Assembly: GCF_001194135.2 (NCBI RefSeq)
Contig: NC_069005.1
Coordinates: 33,001,772-33,065,771 of the forward strand
Source of the DNA: Octopus bimaculoides
Lineage: Eukaryota
Direction: 5' to 3'
DNA length: 64,000 nt
The position numbers and the translations under genes were made by a program. Within the stretch, counting starts at the first letter, position 1. The number at the start of each line of letters is the position of its first letter. Below are positions 40,465 to 53,019 of this stretch, in pieces. Under the pieces are notes generated by a model. That model did not search any database, was not told the DNA's origin, and worked only from the letters and a program-made list of their open reading frames with translations.

Positions 40465-40533
40465 CAGAGCAAAAAGGTTGGTGTAGCAATCTTCAAGAGA
40501 ACAGCCGTTTCCCGCAGGACTAGGGTGACTCAT
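40465..40533 (-). CDS. MED13: Mediator complex subunit 13, first coding exon (23 codons, phase-0 donor)
   Basis: Minus strand reads ATG AGT CAC CCT ... TTT GCT CTG|gtaagt = MSHPSPAGNGCSLEDCYTNLFAL. This matches the MED13 N-terminus (human: [22 protein letters not shown]). Canonical GTAAGT donor; joins exon 2 in frame. Confidence 0.92.
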
Positions 40534-40535
40534 TG

Positions 40536-40544
40536 TCACTCCAT
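40536..40544 (-). promoter_or_regulatory. Minimal upstream ORF (ATG GAG TGA) ending 2 nt before the MED13 start codon
   Basis: Minus strand: gttgtgag ATG GAG TGA ca ATG AGT CAC. Confidence 0.6.
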
Positions 40545-43065
40545 CTCACAACTCCTGGTTGGCTTTCTTTCTGGCGAGAAGGGCCAGGGCAGAGCTCCTT
40601 GATTTGGAGTGAAATTTAAACTTTCCACGTGAAAATTGACAAAAACTGTCGGGTATTGGTGTAGTAGGGTGGCAGAAAATGGAAGGAAGGAAGAAAGAAA
40701 GGGGGAAGAATGAGAGAGAGAGAGGAAACGGGTGAAATATCAACAGCAGACTACTGTACGTCTTACACCGGTGTGTAGATATGCATGTATGTACATTTAG
40801 ACATCTATATATACACACATGTAATATATAATCTATACATATTACACACACTTGTAGATCTAGGCATATAAAATGTTAGCTTTATATATGGGGGGTTTTC
40901 AATGACAAACGATCTTTATGTAATTTAGAGTCACAATAAATAGATATTTTACAAATATATATACATATACTATATTCTATAACATATATCCATGTATGTA
41001 TATATATATTACTGTTATTTTTTACATGTTGATCGTTTGGTGACAATTAGTTCGCTCTGTAATTGTTGTAACAATTGTTTCTTTGACCTATTGTAGAATG
41101 GAAGAGGGGGATGGGGGAGTTATGAAAATGATGTCGACCAGACACTTTCAGTACAGCTTATCATACACTATATTATTATACACACACATATTCACTCACA
41201 CGTGTCTATGTGTGCCTATATAGTTATACATACATACACATATATATATATATATATAAATAAATCTATGTAATTATATATACACATCTATCTATATACA
41301 CAAATTGAAGAAAGGATTTCATAGATTGACTTAGTTACTTACACACACACAAAAGTCTAAAGTGTGATGTGTTCTGGTGTATATATATATACAAATAAAT
41401 ATATATATATATTAGTGGGCTCCTGGATGGGGATGTTTTTAAAAGGATGAAGGGGGGGAGGTGTTTCTTTCTCCTTGATGGTTCTTTAAATCTGTTCTTG
41501 TTGATCTAGTAGCAATGGTGATGCTAGTAACATCACACAAGATCGTCGAAGGTTGTCGTAGCAAGAATAGTAAGGAGAAGAACAATAATGGTAAGAATAA
41601 TAATAATAATAATAATCGTGGTGTCTGGGAGTAGGCATCACTGTTTCCAAAAGTAACAACAATTGAAGCCACCACTTTTTTTTTTCTTAATTTGTTGGGG
41701 TTTTTTTAAATTCCAAAAAGGTTTGGTGTTTAGGAATTGAGTTCTTTCTTTCTTTCCGACCTCTGAGAGAAATTTCCAAATAATAAAAGATCCTATTTAA
41801 AAAATAAAATACACAATGAATCGCCTGAAGCAGATATAAACTATGTAATATATATATATAAATAAATATATATGTATATATAAATTTATATACAATTAAA
41901 GAGAGAGAGAGAGGGGTATGAGAATTCTTTTTTTTTTTACATAAATGGATGACGACACTGATAAAAGAAATTGTGTCGAAATATTATATTCAAATATATA
42001 TAGCTATATTTATAGGTTCATATGGCATATATATATATATATATATCAGACATATATATATATATATTGAAATATATAATGGATTGTTTTATATATATAT
42101 ATGAGAGGTAAAATCCAGGCTAATTTCCCGTGAAAGAAATAATTACATGGGTAATTCTTGGTTTTTTTCTCTTGGATTTTTCAAATATATATTGACTGTT
42201 GTTCCTTTTTGATGACAATAAATATTGCTCCGTTGCTGTTTCGTTGCTTAATATTCCTCTTCTTCATCATCATCACATTGAACCGTTTGTCCCGGTACAT
42301 ACAGAGATATATATATATATTTATGTATATATATTTATAAATTATTATATACACATGGAAATAAATCAAATATATAATTTATAGACAGAATTATTTCACA
42401 ACTGTATAATATATAGACTTAGTATTTTAATCTTTTCTTTCACAATTTTCAACACTGAAAATATCTAATATATATATTTTTTTTTTCCTTCAATAATTTT
42501 ACTTTCACCACAACAATTATTAATTATTATTATTAATTAATTAATATAAATAATATCTCAAATCTGGGATACAAGGATCTGTGGTGGCAAAATTTTTCTT
42601 TCTTGACAGAACATCATGAGAAAAATCTCAAATAATACTCCAAAAACTTCCACATATGTAAGTATATATATATATATATATATATACAATACTATGTATA
42701 TATATTTTACATATATACACACAGGTACTCACAGAGAGAAACAAATCTGTAATCGAATAAATCCTTTTTATGATATGTTTTCAAAGATTTTTCTCCTGGT
42801 CGCCGCCGACATTTCTTTTGTTTAATCCTTTTTAAAGATGTCTTTGAGAGGGTGTACAAATTTATACTGGTACATATACATTTACACAGATATATTATAT
42901 TGTATTACATATATTTCTGGTTTGTGTATATATATATATATTTTAGCTGAATAATTCACGTTTCTCTCTATTGCTATTTCACCATCGATTCTCCTTCAGC
43001 CGGGATAAAATACCTTTAAAGTCGGACAATGTGTTGTTCAGTTATGATATATATAAATGTGTGTG

Positions 43066-43101
<36 letters not shown>

Positions 43102-45573
43102 CAGTGTATGTATATGTATAAATATTTTGTTTTTTTCCTCGTTTATGTTGTGGAAGAGAAGTGTTTTAAAAGAGCTGATGGTGAAGTGGTGATCTTCATT
43201 CAGTGACGGAAAGGAATGAAGATTGACAACGACGATCATCAGACGATAACTTCCTCAAATTTTTAACTTCTCAGCAAACAATAGACGAGAAAATAGAGTT
43301 GAAATAAAACATTTAAATACTCCTTTGGTGTTTTCAATCAAAATATATACATATATATATATATAATGATTAATTAAATTGATGGATACCTAGATACAGA
43401 TATATGTGGTTAGAGGAAATAATACAATATACAGTGCTAAATATATATAAAGAAATAGATCCAATTGTGGAAACCAGATGGAAAATAAATATATATTATA
43501 TATCAGAGGATTATTTTAGTGGTTTTACAGTCTGGTGTGGATGAAAAACAATTTAAATAAAACAAGTATGATAAATACAAAACACACAAATCCACTTTAA
43601 TGGTGTCTGGTGAAGAAGGTCTTTTCTCTTTTTTCTTTCCTCCTGTATATTTTCCGTTTTTTCACTTTTCGTTTTGATTGATTATTAGAATTAAATAATC
43701 ATCAAATGGTTTTTATCCAATTTTCAGTTCGGTTTTCGGGTGGTTTTTAAAATATTTCTTCTTTTTTAAATAATCCTCTGCTGTAATATCCTTCTGTATT
43801 ATAAATATATATATATATATATATATATACAGACTAGTGTTATATATATATAAATATATATCAGATTGTGTTCTGTTATGTATAATGATTAGATATATAC
43901 ATGTGAATATATATACATATATTGTAATATTATATAAAATGAAGAGTGTGTGTGTGTGTGTGTGGTGTTTTCTTCCTGCGTGGTCGTCGTCTGTTCGTCT
44001 GAATGTCGTCTCTAAGGTAGACACAAGAAAAGCGCCAACAAATAATGTTCCGTTTTGGGGTTGGTTTGTTGCTGTTGTTGTTGTGACTGGATGGCTTTTT
44101 ACATACGATCGTTCCTCTTCTTGTTGAAATCTTAATAATCTGTAGAATTTCTGTGGTTATTTCACTTTCTTTATATGTGTGTGTTATTTTTTTCTGTTTT
44201 CTTCTTCTCTCCTGCCTGATGAAACAGGGTGCAAAGTACAAGTTAGTAGAAAGCAATAATTACTAATGACGGCCGTTAAAATACATAGAAACACTCACAC
44301 ACACACATTAAAACATAAAACTCACTAAACTAAACTAGAGAGGTGTGAGAGAGAGTGTGATAGATATAATATAGATAGAGAATAGAGAGAGATGTTCATA
44401 AAGTGAGGGATCAACGAGAGAGTGAGATAATAGAGACAGAGAAGTAGCAGGACGACAATATATCAAAGTCAAAAATGGTGCGAAAGGAAGGAAATAGTTG
44501 ATGATATATATTATCCTTTCTAGTGGCTTCTGCCTTCGTCTCGCTTGTCTCGTCTCCCTCTCGCCGCTTTTAAAACTAAAGTAGCACTGTTGTTTCTCTC
44601 CTACGGATGAATGTGAGTGAGTGAGAGAAAGAATCTAAAAGACATAGAGAGAGAGTAATGGGGGATGGAATGAAGTGAAAAGCTTAGCTGAGAGGGTTGC
44701 AGGCGACGAATACTTCTCAAGCAAGTATGAGGGGGGGGGGGAGAAGACTGAAAGAAAAGCAGAGATGATAGCAGTAATAATAAGACTAATAACAATAATA
44801 AACAATAATAATAATGTGGTGATGTTGGTAATGGCGATGTGGTAGACGGTCGGTGCCCTCTCGTTTTCTTGCTTATTATCTTCTGGATGGTCCTCACTTA
44901 TTAATTGGTTCAGAAAACCGTTTGAGGATTTGATTGAAAATGATAGATATGAATATTTTGTGAAATATTCAGAGGAATATTTTCCTCGGTTATCGTGTAA
45001 TAGATTCCAATGTTTCCTCTTCTTTCCGTCAGCGTGGTTATGGTATGGTGAGGTGGTATGGCGTGTATTGTCTGTGTGTCGGTGTGTGTATGAGAGAGAG
45101 AGAGAAGGGGGACATGGATAGAGAGAAAGTGTACGAGAGAGAGAGAGAGATTGACTGTCGGTTCTTAAGTTGCTATTTCAAAGGAAGAGAAAGGAAACAC
45201 AATCCAGACACACGGAAACAAAGAGAGAGAGAGAGAGAAACCTCAATTTCTTATTGTTCGGTTGGTTAATCGTTTGATTCCGTTTATCTGCATATATATA
45301 TATATATATATANNNNNNNNNNNNNNNNNNNNNNNNNNNNNNNNNNNNNNNNNNNNNNNNNNNNNCTAGATTCAACCAATTCCTGCCAGAAGACACGATG
45401 CCCCTTTTTCTCCCTCGATCTTTTCAAGCTTCGTCGTCGCCGTAATTATGACAAGTCGATAAAACAAACAATAAAAAGGGATTTTTCGTCCGTTTAGAGA
45501 CGAATCAATGTCTTTATCTTCATAAACAAAAATAATCTTTAGAGAGAGAGAGAGAGAGAAAGGCGGTGTGTAA

Positions 45574-45617
<44 letters not shown>

Positions 45618-47749
45618 TTGTACAGTGTCGATATATATATGTGTATATATTTTTAGTGACTTCCAGTGTTTCTAATCGTTGATGTGATGTGACGAGAGAG
45701 ATAATATATTGGCTGATTAACAACTGTCTGTTTCTTCTCACTTCTACAACGACTTCAGTAATAATTATTATTATTCTTTCTATGCAATATTTGTCAAGTT
45801 AACAATTGCAGTTAACGTACGTCTCCACCCCGACACATTGACAACAAAATATCTTTCATTAAGGAGTCATCTCTCTAGTCGTTTCACAGTTGGTGATGAT
45901 CGGCCGGTGGTGGAGGGGGAGGGAGGGAGCATTGCTTTCACTTCGGTACCGTCACCTTTTCTTTTTCCTTCTCTTTCTCATGCACAAGCATACATACACA
46001 AAAGATTATTACGAGGGGAAAAGGAAAAATTATTTCTATTTTTATTTAATTCTGGTTTTTACGGTTGCATTAATAATAATAATATAATTATTTTATCATT
46101 ATTATTATTATTACTCCTTTAATGTCAGTACTCCTCTCTTTCTTTCTCTCTCAAACACACATACGAACACATACCCCTTCGGGAAAAGAAAAAAAATAAT
46201 TAAAGGTGCAAAGGAGACCCGATGTTTTTTTTTATTGAGGGTCGAAAGTAATAAGTGTCGACGGTGGCGGATCTACTTTCGTCAGGTAAGTAGCAGAAAT
46301 GGCGGTCGGCAGCAACCTCGACTACATTATTTTTCTCTCTCTCTCTCTCTCTCCATTCGGCCCTGTTTCTAACTCTCTTTTTTTCCTTCTCCGCTTCATC
46401 CCTTCCTCCCTCTACCTTTATACTTTCTTTCTCTCTCTCTTTTCGTTCGTATACAACTTTCTCCTCATCCCTCTCCTCCGCTTGCCGTCAATAGTTCATC
46501 TCTCTTTCTTTCCCTCTCATTCGATTCGGTTCTCTTCTAACTTTCTCTTCCTCATCCCTTTACTCCAGTTGAAGTACATTCCTTTCTTTCTCTCTCGTCT
46601 TCCTCTTACTATCACCCCTCTCATTAACTCCTAAGCTTTCACCACTGTATCCCAATCACAATTACCTGCTGCTCAACCCTCCCTTCCTTTCTCTCTCTCT
46701 TTACCATGTTACTTATCTCCCTCCCTCTCTCAAATTCTTTATCTGTCTTCAGGCAAACCTCTTTCCTCACCCTTCTCTCCTTTAAACTCCCATCGCCAAC
46801 CTTAATCACTTCTCTTTATCACTCATATTTCTTTTCCCTTCTCCAGTTCTTATCTTAGCCTCTTTCCTTTTCCTCACACCTTACTCCACTTCCTATCTGA
46901 CTTAGTCTCTTTCCCTTTTCCTCCTACCACGTCTCAACTTTGTCAACCATCCTAATGGAGCCAGTCTGGCATTCACCCTCCTCCCCCTCTCTCTTACACA
47001 TATTCACTCCCACCCCCGTGATTCCGTTACTCAATGCTTCCTCTCGGACTTTCTCTTCTTCCTACTAAGAACACTTCTCAACCACATTTCTCTCTCATTT
47101 CTACATTTTCCTTTATTAATAATATATCGTCACCTGTAATCATTTCTTCTTTTTTTTTCTTTGTTTATTTTCATCACATCTATTCAAGTTAAACCAACTT
47201 TTAAAATTGTTTAAATTAGCACCTCTCAGTCGGATAATCATCCACATGACCTTTTCTTCTGATTCTTTGAACCTTTATCTCTCTCTCTTTTCCCTTCTAT
47301 CCATCCCCCTTATGTATATTATTTTTCTCCCTCTATCCATCCATCCACCCCCCCTTTCGTTTTTATATTTTCGGCTACACTGGCCTCGTTTCGTTTTTTT
47401 TTCATACTTTTTCTTCATTACAATTTTATTCTTCCTTTCTTTCACCTTTCTTTTAGAGAAGTCAGTCAATCAATTTACTGATGTTTTTCAATTGGGCCAG
47501 TAGCAGCAGTAGTAGTAATAAACCAGCTTGCGGAGAGAGAGAGAGAGGCAGGATGATGATGAGAGTGGTGATGGCGGTGAAAATAATAATAATCTGAAAT
47601 AAAAGAAAAGAGAGAGAGAGACTACAATAAATATGTTTAGAGGGGGAATCAGAACAAGGACTTTTAATAGAAGAGTTCAGATGAAGACGAAGAAGAAAGT
47701 TCTCCCTTGCTCGGAACAGAACAAGGCGGGTAAGCCGATGTCACGCTTT

Positions 47750-47862
47750 TTTATTGGTCCATTTCCTAGTCACGTGGAGCCACGAGCGGCTTTCGTCGTC
47801 GTCGTTGTTGTTGACCCCAATGTAAAGAACCGGAAGTCGTCCCGTCCACCAACATGGCAGAT
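47750..47862. promoter_or_regulatory. Housekeeping-type promoter motif cluster
   Basis: ATTGG (reverse CCAAT) 47753-47757, GTCACGTGG E-box (CACGTG 47771-47776), CCGGAAGT ETS 47830-47837 and AACATGGC YY1-like 47851-47858, all within ~110 bp of CpG-rich sequence. Confidence 0.5.
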
Positions 47863-50208
47863 GCTCGTTCATTTCTTACCCATTCACCACCCAGTCTCTC
47901 TTATTTCTTTCTTTCTCTCTTTCCCTCCGCTCCACAGTTGTACCTCTCAATTTAATCACTCACCCTAATCTCTCTATAATTTTACTTTCTTTTCTTGATG
48001 ATATCGCATCATTACCGCCATTGTCATTCAACTTGTACTCTTCTTCACCTTAGCCGCACCGCTACGCTATCTCTCTTCCGACCCCACCTAACCGCTCTGT
48101 CCTCTCTTCTCACCTCTATTACCTACTCCATCTCTCTTTCCTTTGCATCCTTAGTAACTCTACTATCCCTCCCCCACCTCCGCTGTTGATATACCACCTC
48201 ACCTTACACTTTTCTTTCTATCTATCTATTTCTCCTAAAAACGCTTCTAATTCTCTTTTGCCAGGAGTAACAGCGAAGAAGAGGAACACACGAGGGGGAG
48301 ATAACTGTCTGGTGTTTGTTTTGTTTGTTAGTGAATTAACCGATTGTCGGAAGAGAGAAAGAGAAACCCCAAGTCTTATCGGCTCTTTATACCCAGTCAG
48401 TCAGTCAATCAGCCGACGAAGGAACCCGACCTTACTCTATTTTCTTCTTCTCTTTCCAACACCTCCCAGCTGCTAGCTTTGCATTGCTTTTCGCCTTGAT
48501 GTCATGGTGTCGCCAGTGACAGCTGCTTCTTGCTAAGTGTTGATCGCCTTGTTATTAACCTCACCAACCCCACCACCACCACCACCACTTACATATTGCT
48601 TTGTTTATTCTCTCTTCTCGCGACGACCAGCTTTCTCCTCTTTGTGTGTAATCTATGGTGATAGGTTAATATATCCACACAACAGTTACTAACCGCCTTC
48701 TTTGTCGTAATTACGTACCTGCCTCACCTGGCTGATCCGAAAGGGGGGGGGACAATTATTGTAATGTAAGTACCAGTAATACGCTGGTATTTATTCGGTC
48801 GATTATGTAATCACCTTTTACATGAAGCGAGCTAAGTAAAGTTCGCATGACTTGCTACAAATAGCAAATAAATCTCCGTGTCATGCCCGACTACTTATAG
48901 TATGCAGGAAATGATAGGATAATTTAGTCTCAGAAACACTATGTTTGAAAAGAAGATGTGATAGTCACGGTTGGATCGTCTTTATTCATAGTTCTTACTC
49001 GCTAAAACCGGGGAGAAAACAACATCAAATGGTCCTTCGTCCGCATTATTATACGTAAATGGTCATCGACTTCGTTATTTATTCCTCTGATAGACCGCCA
49101 TGAAATAAGTGGTTTTTATTTACTATCACATACTGCTTAGTATCTTTCATGTCTGTACCATTCCACTTAAAAGTTGACCTTGTACCTCGTTAATATAGAT
49201 ATAAACAAGACTTTGCATGTATTCCCACTTGTTGGAATCGATAAAAAAGAAATACTTCCAGTAATATGCAAGCATTGATTTAATTGACCGTAACTGACCT
49301 TCATTCAGACACTTTGTTGTTATTGTTGTCGTTCCGTGATTGAGCAGATAAGATGAAAAGACGTACATTTCAACCAGCTACAATATTAGATTCAGTAAAG
49401 CTGCAGATCTTGTCATAGGGAGCCAGTGGCAAAAGAGGGTTTCCTAAATATTGTATGCAGAACATTTCTTACGTGTGGATTGCCTTTGTACCTATCTACT
49501 TTAGGGTCTGTGATGTATCTTACTTAGCAAGGTTATCGACCACTTCAGTTGCCACCTTCATTTAGGACTATTTCGTTTGGTATACCCTTTGAACAAATCC
49601 CTGGCATCAAAATCCCATCCCCTCTCCTCCCAGGAATCTGAATCTAGATGAGTCAATGAAGGGACTATTGGAGCTTCTTGGTAGTTTGATTTGCTGGTAA
49701 AAGCTGTTAAATCTCCCTCAAATCATATTCTACAATTTCTTAATAATCATCATCATCATCATCATTGTCTAACATCCATCTTCCATGCTGGCATGGATTC
49801 AACAGTTTGTCAGGACCTGGTAAGGCCAGGAGCCACAAAGGCTCCATTGTCTGTTTCGACATGGTTTCTATGGCTAGATGCCCTATCTAATTCCAACCAC
49901 TTTACAGAGTGTACTGGGTGCCGTGTTAAAAGCTTTTTACATGGCACCAGCCTTTATAATAAATTCCAGCACAAAGAAAATTTATGTAAATGCATTCTTT
50001 AATAAAACTGCTTTCATTTTCGTTTGCCTTTAAAATTGTTGTTGTTATTGTTTAGCCACAGGCAGGCCAGTCCTGATAAAGGAGACTTATGATCTTATGA
50101 AAAGATATTCCAATGTTCTTTTTTTTCAGACATCATATGCCTCAGACTACATCAGCCAATAAACCTGAGATTACTTTGTCCACTTTGAATGTAGATATAG
50201 TCGTTGTA

Positions 50209-50409
50209 GAAAATTTTGCCGTAAACATTTTTGCATTAGAGAAATTCACCATAGAAGAATGGCGACTTCATCAACTAACGTACCAATTAGAGAATGGTAA
50301 TATCTTTGAAATGCGTTACCAAGTTAACAGCCTGCTCATGTGCCTCCTTCACTGCGAAATTTCCTATGGCAGTTTTTCCCATGGCAAAAATGTTTACAAC
50401 AAATTTTTC
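50209..50409. mobile_element. Foldback/MITE-like element with 46-bp imperfect inverted arms
   Basis: 50209-50254 versus the reverse complement of 50364-50409: 34/46 identical, with internal ~15-bp subrepeats (ttgccgta / ttttgcatta / ttcaccata). Confidence 0.6.
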
Positions 50410-50569
50410 CAGACACAAGATATAGTGGTTGTCTATTCTGAATACAGTGCAGGGGAAGAAGGATTGTGGCATTGTAACAGTGGGAACTGGACTGAGTTTC
50501 CATTTTATGAGTTGTTGTTTAGCCCCAGGTCATCCTTGGTTGAGTATTCCAGCTACAAACATCACATCA

Positions 50570-50800
50570 TCATCTTCAGTGTTTTAACATCCACTTGTCC
50601 TTGTGTACATGGGATGGACGAAGTTTATTGTGGCAGATTTTCTATGGCTGGATGCTTTTCCTGTTGCACAACCTTTGCCTGTTTTCCCATGATCAGACAT
50701 ATTTTTTCAGAATATTGGAAACGAAGGACTCCGCTTGTACGAGAGTGACAAAATTTATGTGTGTTCATCGATGTAAAGCAGATAAGAGGGAACAAGAGAC
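50570..50800 (-). mobile_element. Tail-type-2 repeat without visible head (others at ~33560-33660 +, ~33930-34058 +, ~34430-34580 -, ~35520-35740 -, ~58610-58790 +)
   Basis: Shared motifs caaggtaatatttcccc / ggaaatattaccttgcttggaaac and gtggacgttaa-like termini. Confidence 0.65.
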
Positions 50801-51354
50801 AGATGCCATGCCAAATCTGTCCTCATACATTGTGGTACTATTAGAAGGTGTGAAACTACGTGAAAACATTGTCAGCCACATGTTTTTGTTGTTGTTGTTG
50901 TCCTTGTGTAGCCTTAGGTCACTGATTCAGTAGAGCTAAGAATAAAAGACAAAAAGATGCCACCACCCCAGGTTGTTTCCTTTCTTTTATTCAGACATTG
51001 TGTATCTAGGACTGCATTGTCCAATGTATTCTTCCCCGTTTGTAGAATAACTAATGTGATTTGATGACAATATAGCTGCTATTTCTAGCAGATTCTACAA
51101 CCAAGCAGTGGCTCCATTGTTAGCTCATTAAGACAGCAGTCATTATGTGCTCTGATGCCATTACAAAATGTAATTCTTCCTGAAGCGACTTTGGATATAT
51201 TTTAAAGTTAATATGTGTCATTCATGGAGTCATCTTACAATGGCAGTTAATTAGCTTCTGTCTTACTGACACAGTTATCTCATGCATCCTTGTATTTGTA
51301 TATCTGTCTGTCTGTCTGAGTGCCTTTGTGTGTGTGTGTGTGTAAAGGCTTAGT

Positions 51355-51472
51355 AGGTATGGCCATGTGGTTAAGAAGTTTGCTTCCCAACCACATGCTT
51401 TCACATCCACATGTTTACATGTTCAGTCCTACTGTCCAGCACCTAGAATGTTTTCTGCTACAGCCCCAAACC
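51355..51472 (+). mobile_element. S2 SINE head fragment
   Basis: ggccatgtggttaagaagtttgcttcccaaccacatg...gttcagtcctactg. Confidence 0.65.
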
Positions 51473-52337
51473 ACCCCATCTTTAAATATTTATCTGGGTG
51501 TACAGATAAACATATATGTATATAAATACATAATACATACATGTATGTATGTGGTACAAAAATAATTTTTTTAAATGAAGACAAGGTAAAAATAAAGCAA
51601 CAAACAGGGTTTATTGCTTTGACACTCAGGAAAATTAAGTCTTCAATGTTTCAGGTTTATGCTCTTCTATAGAAAAGATTGATGAGGAGAGACGAAAGTA
51701 ATGAGAAAAGCACTTGTGTGTGTGTGTCAATCAATCAATCTATCTATCTGTCTATCTATCTATCTATCTATCTATCCATCTATCAATCACTTAATCTCTC
51801 TCTCTCTCTCTCTCTCAATCACATTTTTGTCCAGTATTTTTCTCTTACACCAAACTGAAGCATCATTTATTAACCAGAATTCCAAGTATTCTTACAAAAG
51901 ATGCTTGTCATCCAACTCAGCCAATTTGTCAAGTTAAAACACAAACTGATTCTCATGGGATTGAGTCAAACAAACAACTATTTAAAAACATATCAAACTT
52001 GTAAACCGAAAATACTGAGATTAGAAATGCTTGTCTGTATGCATGCTCACCCAAGCATGTACATGCAGCCTCACACACACACACACATACACACACACAC
52101 ACATTCTCATGAAAAAATATTTGGGAAAAGTTATAAATGACTGCTTTTTGAAGAAAATGTTGTTTTTCTGTCACAGCGAATGTTGAAATTTAATAACTGT
52201 TTTATCAGATTCCAGTGATTACTGAATGATTTAAATTATTTAATCCAAAAAAAAAAAAAAAAATGCATAATTTAAATATTTATGCCTTCACATTTCAGCA
52301 GGTATCATCATCATCATCATCATCACCATCATCATCA

Positions 52338-52778
52338 GTAAGGCAGCAAGCTGGCAGAATCCTCAGCAGTGCGGTACAAAATGCTTAGCAGCATTTTGTT
52401 CCTCTTTATTTACTGGGTCCCAATTCCACTGAGGTGGATTTGCCTTTCCATTCTTTCGGGGGTTGATAAAATAAATATTGGTCAAGCACTGACATCAATG
52501 TAATCAAGCAGCACCCTCCCCCAAAATTTCAGGCCTTGTGCCTATATTGGAAAAGATTATCATTATTTAGGAAACTGGCAGAATCATTGGCATGCTGGAC
52601 AAAATGCTTAATGGCATTTCTCTCAGCTTTATATAACTCTTTTCAAATCCTGCTGAGGTCAACTATGCCTTTTATCCTTTCAGGGTCAATAAAATAAATA
52701 CTAGTTGTACATTGGGGTGAATGTGATACATTTGCACCCCACTCCAAAATTTCATGCCTTGTGCCTATATTAGAAAGG
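52338..52778 (+). mobile_element. Two head-to-tail S1 SINE copies
   Basis: aaggcagcaagctggcagaatc... and gaaactggcagaatcattgg..., each ending ccttgtgcctatatt(g/a)gaaa. Preceded by (CAT)n and followed by (ATT)n. Confidence 0.85.
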
Positions 52779-53019
52779 ATTATTATTATTATTATTATTT
52801 AAGACGTCGCACAGCATCCAATATCATGATGTTGTAGATTGAAGATATTGTGTGTATCGGGGTTTTCTACTGTGACTTGAAAAAGTCACGACAAGGACCT
52901 CAGAATGATAGTACTTTACGCAATATGTGAGCAGTTCCAAGTAATGCCAATTTTTGCAATACCCCTAGATTGTAGGATATTTCTAAAGTTTCCAGATGTT
53001 TCTTCAGGTTGGGTGGCAG

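Larger units (their letters stand above)
35950..49400. promoter_or_regulatory. Broad CpG-retaining domain around the MED13 5' end (putative unmethylated promoter region)
   Basis: I count 15 CG in 47701-47880 versus 0 CG in 7501-7980. Contains YY1-like ATGGCG motifs (38006-38014, 46297-46305), ETS, E-box and CCAAT motifs, and long GA/CT tracts. Boundaries are approximate. Confidence 0.55.

Noticed and set aside
50113-50748. Longest ORF in the track (211 aa)
   Set aside because: It runs through a foldback element and two SINE-type repeat fragments; no recognisable domain or splice structure.
52872-52889. 7-bp stem with GAAA tetraloop
   Set aside because: Short enough to be expected by chance in 64 kb; no larger RNA fold evident.
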